Assembly (NCBI GenBank): GCA_017654855.1
Contig: CM030335.1
Coordinates: 3,844,001 to 3,908,000 of the forward strand
Source: Podospora anserina
Taxonomy: Eukaryota
Length of the DNA: 64,000 bases
Direction of reading: 5' to 3'
The position numbers and the translations under genes were made by a program. Below, piece after piece: positions 23,503 through 36,500 of the stretch. Every line of letters starts with the position of its first letter. The first letter of the stretch is position 1. The notes under the pieces were generated by a model. It saw nothing but the letters and a program-made list of their open reading frames with translations, had not been told where the DNA came from and did no database searches.

Positions 23503-26500
23503 ATGCCGCGGCAATCGAAACCGCCTTCCACTTCGACTGGAAAGAAGAAGCCCGAGCTGGTCGACGGCCGCCTGCCCGTCAATCCCCGCAGAAAAAAGGT
23601 TTTGCCTGAGGAGAGGAAGCGGGTCTCCTCGGCGTGAGTTTGTTCGCTTCTTTCTCTCTCCTCTCCTCTCCTCTTCTCTCCTCGCGCATTTGTCTAACAT
23701 TGGCCCCGTGCCACCGCTCCAAAGTTGTAACAACTGCAATGTGCGACGGGTTAAGTGCACTGGGGAGACACCGTGCCATCAGTGCCGGAACACAAACCGC
23801 CCGTGCAAATATCCCGAGGTCGTCCCCAAGGTCACCGTTCCAAAGCTGCAATGGACAGCCTTGACAGCCCTCCAAGCATGGGCCCCGCATGCAATCGAGC
23901 TGAAGCGTCAGCTCGAGGCCGGCGAGCTTGTCCGGAAGATCACTCATGAGGATGGTCGGGTAGAGTACCAGCCCGCGAGTGAGCTGCCGCCGCTGCCCGA
24001 GCTTTCACATTTCCAAGACGAGGTGCCGCCTGAAGACGTTGTCAATGCTGAGTCGTCACGGCCGGCGTTACCACCAGCCCCGGCACCGCAAACAGCGGCA
24101 CCACTGCCGCAACCACCAACACCCCGTCAGCAGCAGCAGCAGGAGCAGCAGCAGCACCACCACCTCCTCCAACAACAACAACAACAACAACAACAACGAC
24201 AGCAGCAGCAGCAGCAGCAGCAGCACCAGCACCAGCACCAGCAGCACCAGCAGCAGCACCAGCAGGAGCACCAGCAACATCATATAGCGGAGCACCAACA
24301 CCGGGAGAGGCCGCCGCTGGGTGAATCACCGCAAACTGGGGACAAGCTGGACAAGATTCGCTCGGCATCACCCTCAACTTCATCCATCTTGAGTAAACGG
24401 TCGGATTTTTATCTCAGCACCAGCACTGGCTTTGATCCTCGAAGTGATGAAGGACGCATGCTGGCCGACTCAACTGGCACAAGTCGATATTTGGGGGCGT
24501 CATCCGGAGCAACATTCCTTGACAACATCAAGAACATGATCACCCTGACCACCCCCTTAGCAGCCCTGATCTCCAAGGGACCCGAGCACATGTTTTCACA
24601 AACTACTGGAAGGTACCAAACCGACGATTCCCGTGCCTTGCTTGGGCCCCCGTTGATGGACCCAGTCCGACACCTACCTCCAGCCCCCGACATGGCCAAG
24701 CTGCTGGACGAGGTCCGCTACTTCATCCAAGACGGGACCACTGACGACTTGTTCCCAAGTGGCGGCATCATGTTCTGGTCGTTCCCGACCTTCACTGATC
24801 TCTCGGCCCTGGGCACCGCTCGTCGAGACCGAATCGTGACCGCTCATGGAGAGCAATATCTCCAAGTGCCCCGGGATGACGAACAGCGAACCCCGCTCGC
24901 ACTGACCTTTGCCGCGTTTGCTTTCAACAGCCTTCTCGGCCTTGCAGGCAAAGACTCTCGCGTCAATGGCCGTCTGGGTGAAGACTTCTATGCCACCTCG
25001 CGCCATCTGCTGGGAGACCCCTGGGACTTTGGCACCTCCACCATCAAGGAAGCCGCCGTCATGGGCCTATTGGCGCTCTACCTTGTTGAGATCAACAGAC
25101 GTGACAATGCGCATCTCTGGGTGAAACACGCCATGCACGTTTGCGAAGTTCGTGGAATCCATCGCGGCTACACCGACGATGAGGCCGAAGTCAGAACGTT
25201 TTGGACACTCTACATTATTGACTCGTATGCTCCACGGCTCCTTTTTCTCGCATGACGCTGGAGCACTTCCACTGACACTCTTCCAGGTGGCTGAGCTGCT
25301 TACTGGGACGCACGCCATCGATCCCGGATGATGGCATCTCACTTCGGCCCCCCCGAGAATGCCCGTAAGCGCTCCCATGTTCTCTTGCATTGTGATGTCC
25401 TCTCACATCTGTCTTGTAGCCATTTTCCATCTCCCGTCGGCCTGAAGGCCCATCTGGAACTGTCCCGCATCACTCACAAGATCATTTATAATGGCTTGCG
25501 CAGACAGTCAGATGGCAAGAAGCCCGAAGATCGAAGGGCCAGGGCGGAATCACACGTCAAACGATCCCTCGAAAGTCTGAAAAAATGGCTGAAGGCCCTC
25601 CCTCCTGCTCTTCAACTCCCCCCGGATGCCCACACAAAACTGCATCTTCCCAATAGCTTGACGACCGAGGAAGTTCCCTCCGGATTCGGTCGCGATCGTG
25701 CATGTTGGTCACTGCACATGTCATACAATCAGGTAAGTTCTCATTGACGACAAGACTTCGCAGTTACTGACACTCTGCCATCAGCTCATCATCCTCACCG
25801 TTCGTCCTGTGATTCTAACAGCAGTGCGGAAAGCCATTGCTAGCCTCGTCAGTACAGGACAGATGTTTAATATCTACGACAACGCCCTGGTGGAAGAGAT
25901 TCGCTGGTGTACCGATGCGGCGCAATCCAATCTGCGCCTCGGATGGCTGATGCGCCAAAACAGCCCGCATGGCAGGTTGCTGGTGCAGGATTTGCACCAC
26001 ATTTTCAATGCTGCCGTCTTCCTCACCATGTACCAGCTCGTCTTTGTTAATGTTCGGACGCAGCTGGTGGCTGATGTGGACTGGGCCATTGATGTCTTCA
26101 AACAGGAGCAGGAGACAGGCTGTGCATATGCCAAGGATTGCTTCGAGGTCCTGCGCGACCTCAGGTTCCTTGTCAGCGAGCTACGGGACTGGATTCATAA
26201 CCAGACCGAGAAGGAGAAGCTCTGGGACGACGACGGGGCGTTGAAGAATTATCTGGGCGCCATGACGGCGCCTCGCAACAACAACACTTCCAAGACAGAC
26301 CTTGGTGCAGATGTGCCGATGCATGACGTCCAATTCGAGGGCCGCCCCATCAAGCAAGCCCACGGCTTCAAGAAGGGGTACGCAAGGAGGATCTGGGACA
26401 CGCTAACGTCCTGGCTCCTGTTGGAGGACAACTCCAACGAGGGTGACGGTGGTGGAGAATGTTTTGTGTTTCTTTCCAGTTCCAGTTCAGATACCAACTC

Positions 26501-26531
26501 AAACTGTTCGTTCCCCCCCGGAGGATACTAG
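23503..26531 (+). CDS. Zn(II)2Cys6 transcription factor with polyQ/H tract and fungal TF middle-homology domain
   Basis: RKRVSSA|CNNCNVRRVKCTGETPCHQCRNTNRPCKY, RYLGASSG and RTFWTLYIID. Introns 23634-23724, 25225-25286, 25365-25419 and 25733-25784. Confidence 0.9.
24128..24283 (+). repeat. CAG/CAA/CAC trinucleotide tract encoding polyQ/H
   Basis: Directly visible (CAG)n, (CAA)n and CAGCAC arrays inside the TF exon. Confidence 0.95.
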
Positions 26532-26904
26532 TACAGAGGTCAAGCGATTCAAGCCTTCTTTTTCTGTCTTTTCAGCGTTTTCTTTTTGGACTTTTTATAT
26601 ACACCTCTATATATACGGTGGTTTGAGTCACCGTGGTTCGTTCCTCTACCGGACGCCATGCAGAGAAAAAGGGGGCCGTGACGGGCACATTGTTTTGTTT
26701 CTTTACCTTACGAGTAATGAACGATTGACGAATATTTCCGCAGCCTTTTAGGGCGAGCCATGAATATGTACCCGAGTATGTCGCACAGATATTATTCTTT
26801 CTTTTGCGTAACAGGGCGAGAGTGCGTCAGCAACTGAGTCGCAACTTGGGTAGATAGCAGAGTTCTTTTTTTAATTCTACCGCATCAAGGTTATGTCAAC
26901 TATG

Positions 26905-28346
26905 TTACAAGTCCCCAAAAATGTTGCTCTCTTCCTTCACCAGATCTTGCACCTGCTTTGCAATGTTTGTCACGGTCCACTCGCCTTTTTCGGCAATGTA
27001 TGCGTCGACCAAGTCACCAGAAACCCATTTGAAAAGAATGTTCTTGGTGGTCACCACAACCTGTCCTTTGTTGAAACTGTTACCCCCGGAGTGGCTTGAA
27101 GCAAGTCTTCTGCCCCGTTGCTCACTCTCTCGGTGTTGAAGGCGGCCCGCCAAGCTCATGTAACCTGGAACGGGTCGCTACCTTCCTCGTATGAGTCTTG
27201 CGATTGACGCTATCCTCCAACAGTAGTTTTCGAAGCAACTTATTGTGGGAGATCTTGGCCGTGTCCGTTAACACCACAATCTTGGTGGTTGATGACAGGC
27301 ACTTTGCCGTTAGAACAGCAGATAAGGGCCTGGTCTTGTTTACCACGGCGCCAGAGGGCGAGAGACGATCTGAGCCGATAAGGACCATATCTACCGCTGT
27401 CTTTGGCCCAGACCTGGACAGAGAGGCAATTGAGGCCGAGGTATCGGGTACAGTGTATTTTTGTGGGGTCTTCCAGAGGATTGAAAAGGCGCTAAGAGAG
27501 AAGAGGAGAGCGAGACGCCTTCGAAGAGCGGTCGGGTTTCCAAGACGTTGGGGTCAATGGTGTACTGGGTAGAGATGGAGGATAAAACGGCCAGGATGGT
27601 GGAAGAAGACGAGAGGGTGAGGATCGAGAGGCCGTCTCTGCCGAAAAAGGACGAGCGAATGTATGACACAAACGAGGTTGTGATATCACCCAAGAGCTGA
27701 GTCGTAGAAAGAGAAGGGTGTTGTATGGTAGACAAGACCGCCATTATCAGATCATGCGCAGAAGTGTTGGAGTCCGCATCAAATTAGGCTTTGCTCTCTG
27801 ATAATCTGGCCAGGAGAACGCTTGTTATGGTTGCTCCCATGCTTGGCCGCCCATTTTTGGAGAGATGCCAGCCTGCGGATGAGGTTCCAGTCCAAAATCT
27901 CGAGCGAGGCTGCAACATCATGCAGGGTTTTGACTGCCATGGTGGCAAGCTCTCTAGCTCCGCTCTCGTGATCAGTGGCCAACTTGGTCAACCCACCGGC
28001 CAAAACTCCAGCTGCCTGCGGCCCAAAGTCGGCTTCAAAGTACACCCGTCGGAGACTTTCTGCAAGCTTTGAAACGCCGTTGAGAGACGGGTTGGTAATG
28101 ACTTCGTCAGCATCATACCAACCCCACCCCTCGTGTTCCCAGGTCAGTCTTAATGGATTGTTCGTCACAAGATTGCGTAGGCAGAACATGAACGGAAAGA
28201 TAGTCCACTCCCGCTTGACTGTGGAGTCACGGAAGGTGTAGCTCTTACCACGACGAAGGAGTATCAGGTTGGAGGGTGTAAAGATTGTCCCTTCCGAGAT
28301 CTAGCGCCATGCTGCATGAGCGGCGATGGGTCATTGGGTTCGATAA
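26905..28346 (-). pseudogene. Nudix + eIF2B-alpha/beta/delta-like fusion pseudogene, 5'-truncated by the repeat island
   Basis: Broken Nudix box AAWR*ISEGT, then REWTIFPF, WEHEGWGW, DHESGARELA, LETRPLFEGV, VLIGSDRL..GAVVNKT and NILFKWV, spread over several frames with stops. Confidence 0.85.
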
Positions 28347-29377
28347 TGTGACAAGGGCTGGATATCAGGGTTTAGAACAGTAGTTAAATTTAGTTAATAA
28401 TCTTTAATGGCCTCGAAGTCCTGAACGAAAAAAAAAGTTCTAAAAATATAAATATATGTAGAAGATATATATTTATTTATTATCGAATGGTTTGTACTTT
28501 ATAGCTTATTAAAATACAGCTTTTGTTTGTAGATTTTACAGTGTATCTAAGCCCTGTATATTACAGAGCTTTAGAGGCAATACAATAGCTTGAATCAGCA
28601 GTGCTTAAGGACTACGGTTGCCGGAACAGAACTCGGCCCCCTAAAGCAATCCGAAGTCCCGGAAAGCCGAACGCTAAAGCCAGTGCCGTGCAGCGGTTAA
28701 ACAGTAGCGCAATGTGGCCTGTAATGTAGCCTGTAACTTTATTTTAGTTAGCGCACTTAGCGGGCATTTGGGCCTGGGAACGGAGTTACTATCGGGGAGC
28801 GAGTGGAAGGCCGACGGCCTATAAGACCTCTGCCTTATATCTTATTCACTGTAATATTTTTTAGTCTATAAGGTTTAATTAATATATTAGTTCACCACAC
28901 TTATTAGTGCCTCACAAATCTATATTACAGTAATTCTCTTTTATATATTACAGGGCGCCGCTCCTGTAATCCACCTTCCTTCAGTGCCCCGGCAACTGTC
29001 GAATGCTGCAGTCAAAGTCTTTTTCGCTCTCAATATACTACGCCGATAGCTATTTAAGCCTATATTTTACAGGCCTTAATAGCACTTATTTTAATAATAA
29101 AGTTAAATATAATAATTTTAAACTCTCAAACGAAATATAAAATAGATTTTATATAATTATTAAGTTCACCAATATTATATTCGGATATATTAAAAGAGGA
29201 GATAAATATTTTATTAAGTTTTTATAAAAGTTTTAAATGGTTATATATATAAAATATAGTAATTAAGTTATTAAAAGTAAAATATAAGTAAAATAGCTAA
29301 AAGTAAAGAAAGAAAAATAAATAAAAGGTTTAAAAATATTTTTTTATAAAAAATTTAAAAGTTTATAATTATTAATA
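28347..29377. repeat. Unclassified RIP-degraded repeat; possible LTR 28347-28916
   Basis: Abrupt switch to AT-rich, TpA-rich DNA. TGTGACA sits at the gene breakpoint, with TATAAG near 28820 and CCTCACA ending at 28916. No recognisable protein. Confidence 0.45.
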
Positions 29378-29462
29378 TTAGTTTAGGGTGCGGCTATAAG
29401 CCTGAGGGTATAAGTAAGGAAGTGGGGCTCTCGGAGGATTCGGGGGTTTAAGAGTTATATAT
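29378..29462 (-). mobile_element. Terminal fragment of the 355-bp family-B element
   Basis: Reverse complement matches 36000-36087 (GAGAGCCCC..CCTTACT..GCCGCACCC); flanked by TA; cut by the family-A LTR at 29463. Confidence 0.8.
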
Positions 29463-29860
29463 TGTGATAAACCTTTGTACAGAACCTCTGAAAGGGATAC
29501 GGGTTAAAGGTAACTTCTAATAATTAGTTCGGTGTAGCTAAATAGTGCACAATAAGATATCTCGATATAAATATAAAATGCCGTAAATATAAGCTTGAAT
29601 TGCATACTGCGGAACTATCTATTTATATTAGCTAGTTCCTCCGTATATATAAACTTTAGGACCGTGGACCGTTAACTTATAGACGGTCCTCGGTCCACCC
29701 CTAATTAGCCGATACTGGACCGTAGACCGTAAGCTCCGCCGCGGTCCCCGGTCCCTATCTAATTGGTCCGTTTGCCCACCTAGACCGTAAGCCCCGCTCG
29801 ATTGCGCGGTCCAGTCCTAATTAGTCCGTCGTGGCCCTACTGTTTTTTAGAACCGTAATA
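29463..29860 (-). mobile_element. Ty3/Gypsy family-A LTR (crapaud-like), variant 1
   Basis: TG start; shares the ~190-bp conserved half with 40024-40215; reverse complement of LTR 33529-33925 along its whole length. Confidence 0.9.
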
Positions 29861-31523
29861 TAAAGTAATTAAAATATATAATATTACTTATACTTAGGTC
29901 CCTTTATACTTTTTAACTTCGTAGTATAGTATATAGTACGTTAGCTATTACGTCGAAAATATAAGTTCGATTCCCGTTAAAGTTCTTTAGTATCGAGGTT
30001 TATATTTATAAACCTCGATACTAATTTTTTTATTTATTTAAGTTTAGGTCGGTCCGGGTATTACCGGTAAAATTCTTTTTATTTATTTAAGTAATTAAAA
30101 TTTATTTTTAATTTCTATAAATTATTTATAGTTAAATACCTTAATTAATTAATTAAATACTTTAATTAATCTTTATTAAATCGTAAATTTAATAATTTTT
30201 TTATATTATACTTTTCTTCTTCGTCCTCCGTTACTACCTATATATATAACGAACCCCTATATAGAACCTCTGAAAGGGATACTGGTTAAAGGTAACTTCT
30301 AACAATTAGTTCGGTATAGCTAAACAGTACACAACAAAATATCTTAATGTAAACACTAGCTACCGTAAATACAAGCTTAAATTGCATACTGCGGAACTAT
30401 TTATCTACACTAGCCAGTTCCTCCGTATATATAGACCTTAGGGCCGTAAGGTGCTCGCCTTGCTATAGGCCCGATCACTCCTAGTACATTGCATCCTGCA
30501 TTATGCTCGTCGTGCTATACCTTTAATCACTTCTAGCACATTGCATCTGCATTGTGCTCGTCGTGCTATGCTTCTGATTATCCCTAGTATCTTGCATCCT
30601 GCAGACTGCTCGTGAGCTTTAGCGCTATAGTACTTTTGCTTAGCCCTGATCGGCTTGTTCCCTAACTTCCTAAATGATTAGCTAGGGGCGACCTGCGCCC
30701 CACATGTGGCGCGACCTGCCATTGGGTTAACTGTAACAATATATTAACTTTATTTACTAGTAATATAGGTTTTAGAAGTAAGATATAAAAAGTATATAAT
30801 TTTAAATGTATTATATTAAGTAATTCTAATTCGAATACCGTTTTCGATATTTTTTTTTTTAACTTTAAATAGGCTTACTTTCCTATAGTCTAGCTTTTTA
30901 CTAGGTCTTTTAATACGTAAATTATATATAAAAAGAAATACTATATCTTTCTTTTTAAAGCGAGGTCCCTCGAGCCTTTTAATATTATAGTATTTCCGTA
31001 TTCTTTCCTTTATAAACTTTAGTTTTTACTTAAGCTTACCGCAAAATATATATATTTTATTTACTTTAATTTTAACTTTAGGTACCTCGACCGTAGGTCC
31101 CTGCCGTAGGTCTGCCTCGTAGCCGAAATTCGCGAAGAAAGGTATAACTTTCGTAGTCTCCGTTAGCGATATATTATATACTAATTATACTATAAATAAT
31201 AGTTTAACCTAATCGTTTTACTTAAAATTAATATAATTCCGTAAATATTATTTTATAATTTAATTCAGCCGCTTCGTTTAACCGTCCGTTTAAAGGTAGT
31301 AAACCGAAAATACTTTACTTATTATCTTTAGCTTCGTTATTAATACTTTTTAAAATTTTAATATAAATTTAGTATCGCGATCCGTAATAAATTCCTTTAA
31401 CTATATATATATTACTATAATATACCGTAATATTACGTCCGCTAATTATTTTACTAATTAAGTTTCTTTATATAGTAAAAAATATACTTACTTAATAAGC
31501 TTATCGACTACCGTTAATATACT
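29861..31523 (-). mobile_element. RIP-degraded integrase core and chromodomain of a Ty3/Gypsy element, interrupted by a solo LTR
   Basis: Minus strand reads SILTVVDKL..., ITDRD, a degenerate YHPQTDG.T.R.N, PFFANFGY and EDEEE.Y chromodomain start, with many TAA stops. Confidence 0.85.
30245..30738 (-). mobile_element. Solo family-A LTR, variant 2
   Basis: Same conserved half; distinct variable half with three ~48-bp tandem units; ends TGTAACA; ATATA on both flanks (5-bp TSD, low complexity). Confidence 0.9.
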
Positions 31524-32659
31524 TGTTAATATGTAGGTACTACTAAGTGCCTTACTTACTGCCCTACAGATTGATATTACAGTGGGCAGTACTGCTATAA
31601 GCAGTAATAGAACTTCCCGGCTTAGATCCCTTTAGAATATTCTTTACAAGGGACCCTTAAAGGCTTACAGGGCTACTGTAGCCTGAGGCTTAGTTAATAG
31701 ATACTAGAACCTTCCAAAGTGGCTATAGGCTTACGTAGTAAGTTGCTACAATAGTGTGATTTACAGGGCACTTCTGCTACCGAAAGTTCTATAGATTTCC
31801 GTAAGTCTACACTAGACCCACCTAAGCCCACCAAATACCCCAAAGTAGTATAGTAAAATAGTAAGAAAAACACACAAAACAACCACAACACCACAAATAT
31901 ACCCTTAACAGGTCTCAGAATAAATATATTTACGTAACAGTAATTCGCTCGTAGGCCGCACTTTACGTAGGATAAAGAAAAGACACTATAGGCTCGCAGG
32001 CCATATAATAAGCACCGGATTGGCCTAATTAGAGGGCTAGAATTGCCTACACGCGTGTAAGGCACAAAATACGAAAAAAATAAAATAAAAGTCGATAATC
32101 TATTTAAAATAGAATGTCCGAAGCAAACCGCTTATATATATAACCCCTAAACCCCTAAGTCCTTTAAGAGCCCTACTTCCTTATTTATACTCTTAGGCCT
32201 GTAGCCGCACCCTAAACTAATAGGGGCTTCTAAGGCCTACAGGACCCACAGTAAGCTTACGAAGGCCTATATATAGACCTCTCCTCTCTCCTATAAAATA
32301 ATTCTCTTTCTTTCTTTAAGGGCAAAAAGCTTAAAGCTAAGGCCAAAGGCCAAAGCCAAGGGTAATAAAGGCAATTCTTATTCCTTATACCTCACTATAT
32401 TACAGTGCTTTACCTTCCTTCGGCACTGCCGTCGTATCCTCCCGCTTCCGCTTACACACTACTGTATTTTACAGCAACCCTATATAGGTTCTATATTATA
32501 GGCCTATCAGGGCTTACCAGCTAACAACTATATTACAGTGCTTTACCTTTCTTCGGCACTGCCGTCGTATCCTCCCGCTTCCGCTTACGCACTACTGTAT
32601 CTTACAGCAACCCTGTATAGGTTCTATATTATAGGCCTATCAGGGCTTACTAGCTAACA
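31524..32659 (-). mobile_element. Family-C LTR carrying a family-B insertion and a 133-bp terminal duplication
   Basis: Reverse complement of 38163-38794, with TGTTA...TAACA termini. Confidence 0.9.
31853..32220 (+). mobile_element. Family-B element (~360 bp) with TA target duplication
   Basis: Near-identical to 35733-36087 apart from RIP-type changes. The empty site GTAGTATAGGGGC is visible (reverse complement) in the other family-C LTR at ~38461-38473. Confidence 0.9.
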
Positions 32660-33528
32660 CATACTCTAAAGAAATAAAAATAATATATACGAAAAATACT
32701 TAACGTATTATATAGAACCGGACTTTTAATTAATAAGGAAAAGAGCGAGTTTTACGTATAAAAAACAATATATTTAGGAGATTTAATATTATTAAAAGAG
32801 GTTCGTATAAAACTTAAGAAAATTACGGTAGTTAAAAACTAACTTACGCCGTAGTTATAAATATACGTTAGGGAATTTTTAGGGTTTATAAATACGATAT
32901 AAAAAAAGTTATAAGTAGCGTAAGTAGAATAAAGAGTAAGTATTTTAAAAGAATAATGTAAGATTTTAGTTTTAAGGTCGAAACGGATTAACGTCGGCGA
33001 GTATTTAGATTTATTTACGCGGTTAAATATCGTAGCGGTAAAGAAAAAATAAAAAGAGGAAGACTTACGGTAAATAAGGTTAGTTATTAATAAAGGTTTT
33101 AAATAGAGTCGTCGGGACGTTAACCTAAGAGGGGAGGTATTATATTACAAATATAATATAAATACCTATAAAGAATAATTAATAGGAAAAAGGAGGTACG
33201 GTAGTTAATTAAAAGAAAAGAGGATAGATTAGTAAAAAGTAAATTATCCGGGATATAAAAAAATTATAAACGATTCCCAGAAATTACTTATAATCTTTAA
33301 AAGTCGGTTATAATCCGGGGAGAAATAAAATAATTTAGGCTTAGCATTAAATTTATATATACGGAGGAACTAAATAGCTTATAAATAGTTCCGTAATATA
33401 TAATTTACAATTCTATTTATAGTATTTTATATTTATATTAAAATATCTTATTATATACTATTTAGCTACACCGAACTAATTATTAAAAGTTACCTTTAAC
33501 CTATATTCCTTTTAGAGGTTTTGTATAG
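32660..33528 (+). mobile_element. Internally deleted Ty3/Gypsy 3' part with PPT and family-A LTR variant 3 (33143-33528)
   Basis: 32660-32890 parallels RT sequence at ~36830-37060. Purine tract AAGAGGGGAGG at ~33127; conserved LTR half at 33350-33528, cut ~12 nt before its end by the next LTR. Confidence 0.8.
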
Positions 33529-36500
33529 TGTTACGGTTCTGGAAGATAGTGGGGCCACGACGGACCAATCAGGACTGGACCGCGCAATCGAGCGGGGCTT
33601 ACGGTCTAGGTAGGCAAACGGACTAATTAGATAGGGACTAGTGACCGCGGCGGAGCTCACGGTCCACGGTCCAGTATCGGCTAATTAGGAGAGGACCGAG
33701 GACCGTTTATAAGTTAACGGTTTACGGTCCTAAAGTCTATATATATAGAGGAACTAGCTAGTATAGATAGATAGTTCCGTAGTATGTAATTTAGTTTATA
33801 TTTACGGTATTTAATATTTATATTAAAATATTTTATTATATATTATTTAACTATACTGAATTAATTATTAAAACTTACTTTTAACTAGTATTCCTTTTAA
33901 AGGTTCTATATAGAGGTTCGTTATACGTTATATATTTACTTTAATTTTATTACGGATAAGTTAAAGATATTAAAATAACGCTATAGCTAAAAACGTTAGT
34001 ACTTAAGGGAGCTCGACCTAACCCACTATCGACTAACTTCTTACTCATATTTAAGAGCTTAAAAATAAGTTATATTTTTCCTATAATACTTTTACGTAAA
34101 AAAATACTATACTTTACTAGGAGATTAGTACTTTACGTAGGGAGGGAAAGCGTATTAAGCTCGAGGTACTTAATCGCTATAAAGGTATAAAAGGAGAGCT
34201 AAAAGGATTTTTAATTTAATTTAAAGTTTATTTTCGGTATTACTTTTTTTATTTTTTAGACGAGGAAATTAAAGTAATATACGTTACGTTTAGGTTTAAA
34301 GATAAAATACTTATTTAGTTCGAATCGATTTTAGGAAACTACTTTAATAATAAATACGACGAGAGGGAGGATATTATAAAGAAATATTTTAAGTCGTATA
34401 AAGGTTTTAAAAAGAAAATTAAAGAGGTATTTAAAAAGTATAACGAAAGTAAATGTACTTAGGAGCGATTAATTAATTTTAAATAAACTCGATTTACTAC
34501 CGACTACGCTATAGTATTTAGGATAAATATATTCCGTAATATAATTAACGATAAAGGGTTAATATAATTATTTTCTAATGGGCTTAGGGAAGAAGTTAAG
34601 GATAAGCTATATCGAATAGAGCGACCGGAGATTATTAATAAGTATATTATAATAATAATTTGTATTAACGATTAATAATATTAGTACCGTAAAAAACGTA
34701 AAGGTATACATATATAAAGACTTTATTACTTTAACGATAAAAAAAAAGACGGTTATACGAGACTTACGTTTCGGGGACTATATATATAAGGCTTATAGAA
34801 ATTAATATTATTTAATAATAAAAGTTATAAAACTAAAGTAAAAATAATTTTAAATATTTTAATTATAGTAAAGTAAAATACTTTAAAAGGGACTATAAAA
34901 TATTTAAGCGATTCGGATAGAAGAAAGAGATTATAGTAATTACTATATTAAAAAAACCGAGAGTTATAAAGGTCGTAACTATTAAATATTAATAAAGTAA
35001 AGTAAACAACCGCTATTAGATATATATATAAAAGAATATTAAATATATTAAAGACGGGAAATAAGAGGAAGCTAGGCGGATATAATTAAAAAACTTTATA
35101 TTATTAAATAATTTAAAATAAAAAAACGTTTTTAAACAATATAGCTGTTTAAAAAACGATTTACGGCCCTTTACGGAAGCTAATAATCTTTAACGGACTA
35201 TAAATAGTATTTTCGTAAATATTAATATAAAGTAAAGGTATAGAATAACGATCCGGTATTTATTAATAAGGTCGTTACCGTATAAAGAAGAAGTAAAAAA
35301 GATAAATATTTTTAAATTATAATATATTAAAAAGATATTTAGGTAATAGTATTAATAAACGGAAATATAAAAATAAATTTAATTTCGTTATAGTTTATAT
35401 ATTAGGCTAGGATATTATAGAAAAAAAAAAGGAATGGATCGTTATATAAAAATTATTTCCGATATAAAAAGTTTATAGAAAAATATTATTTTTAAATATT
35501 ATAATCGAAAGAAAAATAATTTTAATTATATTTAATATTATAGATATAGGACCTTCGAAGAATATAATTTTAAAGTAACTATAGTATAAAAATTATAATT
35601 TAGATATCGATTAGAGGGATAGTAGCTATTTATAACTAAAAGAGCTTTAAAAGTATTTAATTAACGATAGGAGATTAGGCGTACGTATAGAGTAGAGTAT
35701 GGGACAAATATCCTCCACGGTACTGAAATGGTGAGAAAACACACAAAACAACCACAACACCACAAATATACCCTCAACAGGTCTCAGAATGAACACACCT
35801 GCGTGACAGTGACTCGCTCGCAGGCCGCACTTCACGTAGGACAAAGAAAAGACACTATGGGCTCGCAGGCCACATAATAAGCACCGGATTGGCCTGATCA
35901 GAGGGCCAGAATTGCCTGCACGCGTGCAAGGCACAAAATACGAAGAAAAGAATAAAAGTCGATGTCCTGTCTAAAATAGAATGTCCGAAGCAGACCGCTT
36001 ATATACATGACCCCTGAACCCCTGAGTCCTCTGAGAGCCCCGCTTCCTTACTCATACTCTCAGGCCTGTGGCCGCACCCCAAACCAGTACTACCGCAAGG
36101 AGCCTAAAAAGTAATAATATACTTTATTAATATAAATAGTAAGATCGAAGAAATAAGGTTAATAACGTTAGTAGAGATATCGGAAATTAATAAATATATT
36201 TACTATAATAATATAGAGAAAGGCGAGAAAAAAGTAATATTAATAGAATATTAAGGATACTTAACTTTTATAGTTAAATATTTAAAGGGACTTCTAGAGC
36301 GAGGATTATAGGACTATAAAATTAAATTAAAGGAAGGAACTAAATTATAGCTATTTAAGGTTTATTATATTAATAATAAGTAAAATAAAAAATTATAAAA
36401 GTATTTAAATAAAAATTTAAAAAAAAGATATATTAAAGAGTCTATATCGCTAATAAAATACTCTATATTTTTCGTACTAAAAAAGGACGGAGGTTTATAA

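Noticed and set aside
28366-28400. CAGGGTTTAG as a possible hAT terminal inverted repeat
   Set aside because: No matching inverted end, TSD or transposase remnant was found.
30470-30620. Regularly spaced repeats resembling a CRISPR array
   Set aside because: They are tandem units inside a fungal LTR, with no unique spacers or cas genes.
31694-32065. ORFs at 31694-32065, 35647-35934 and 38439-38624 with similar translations
   Set aside because: They lie within LTR or family-B repeats; the similarity reflects repeat copies, not genes.
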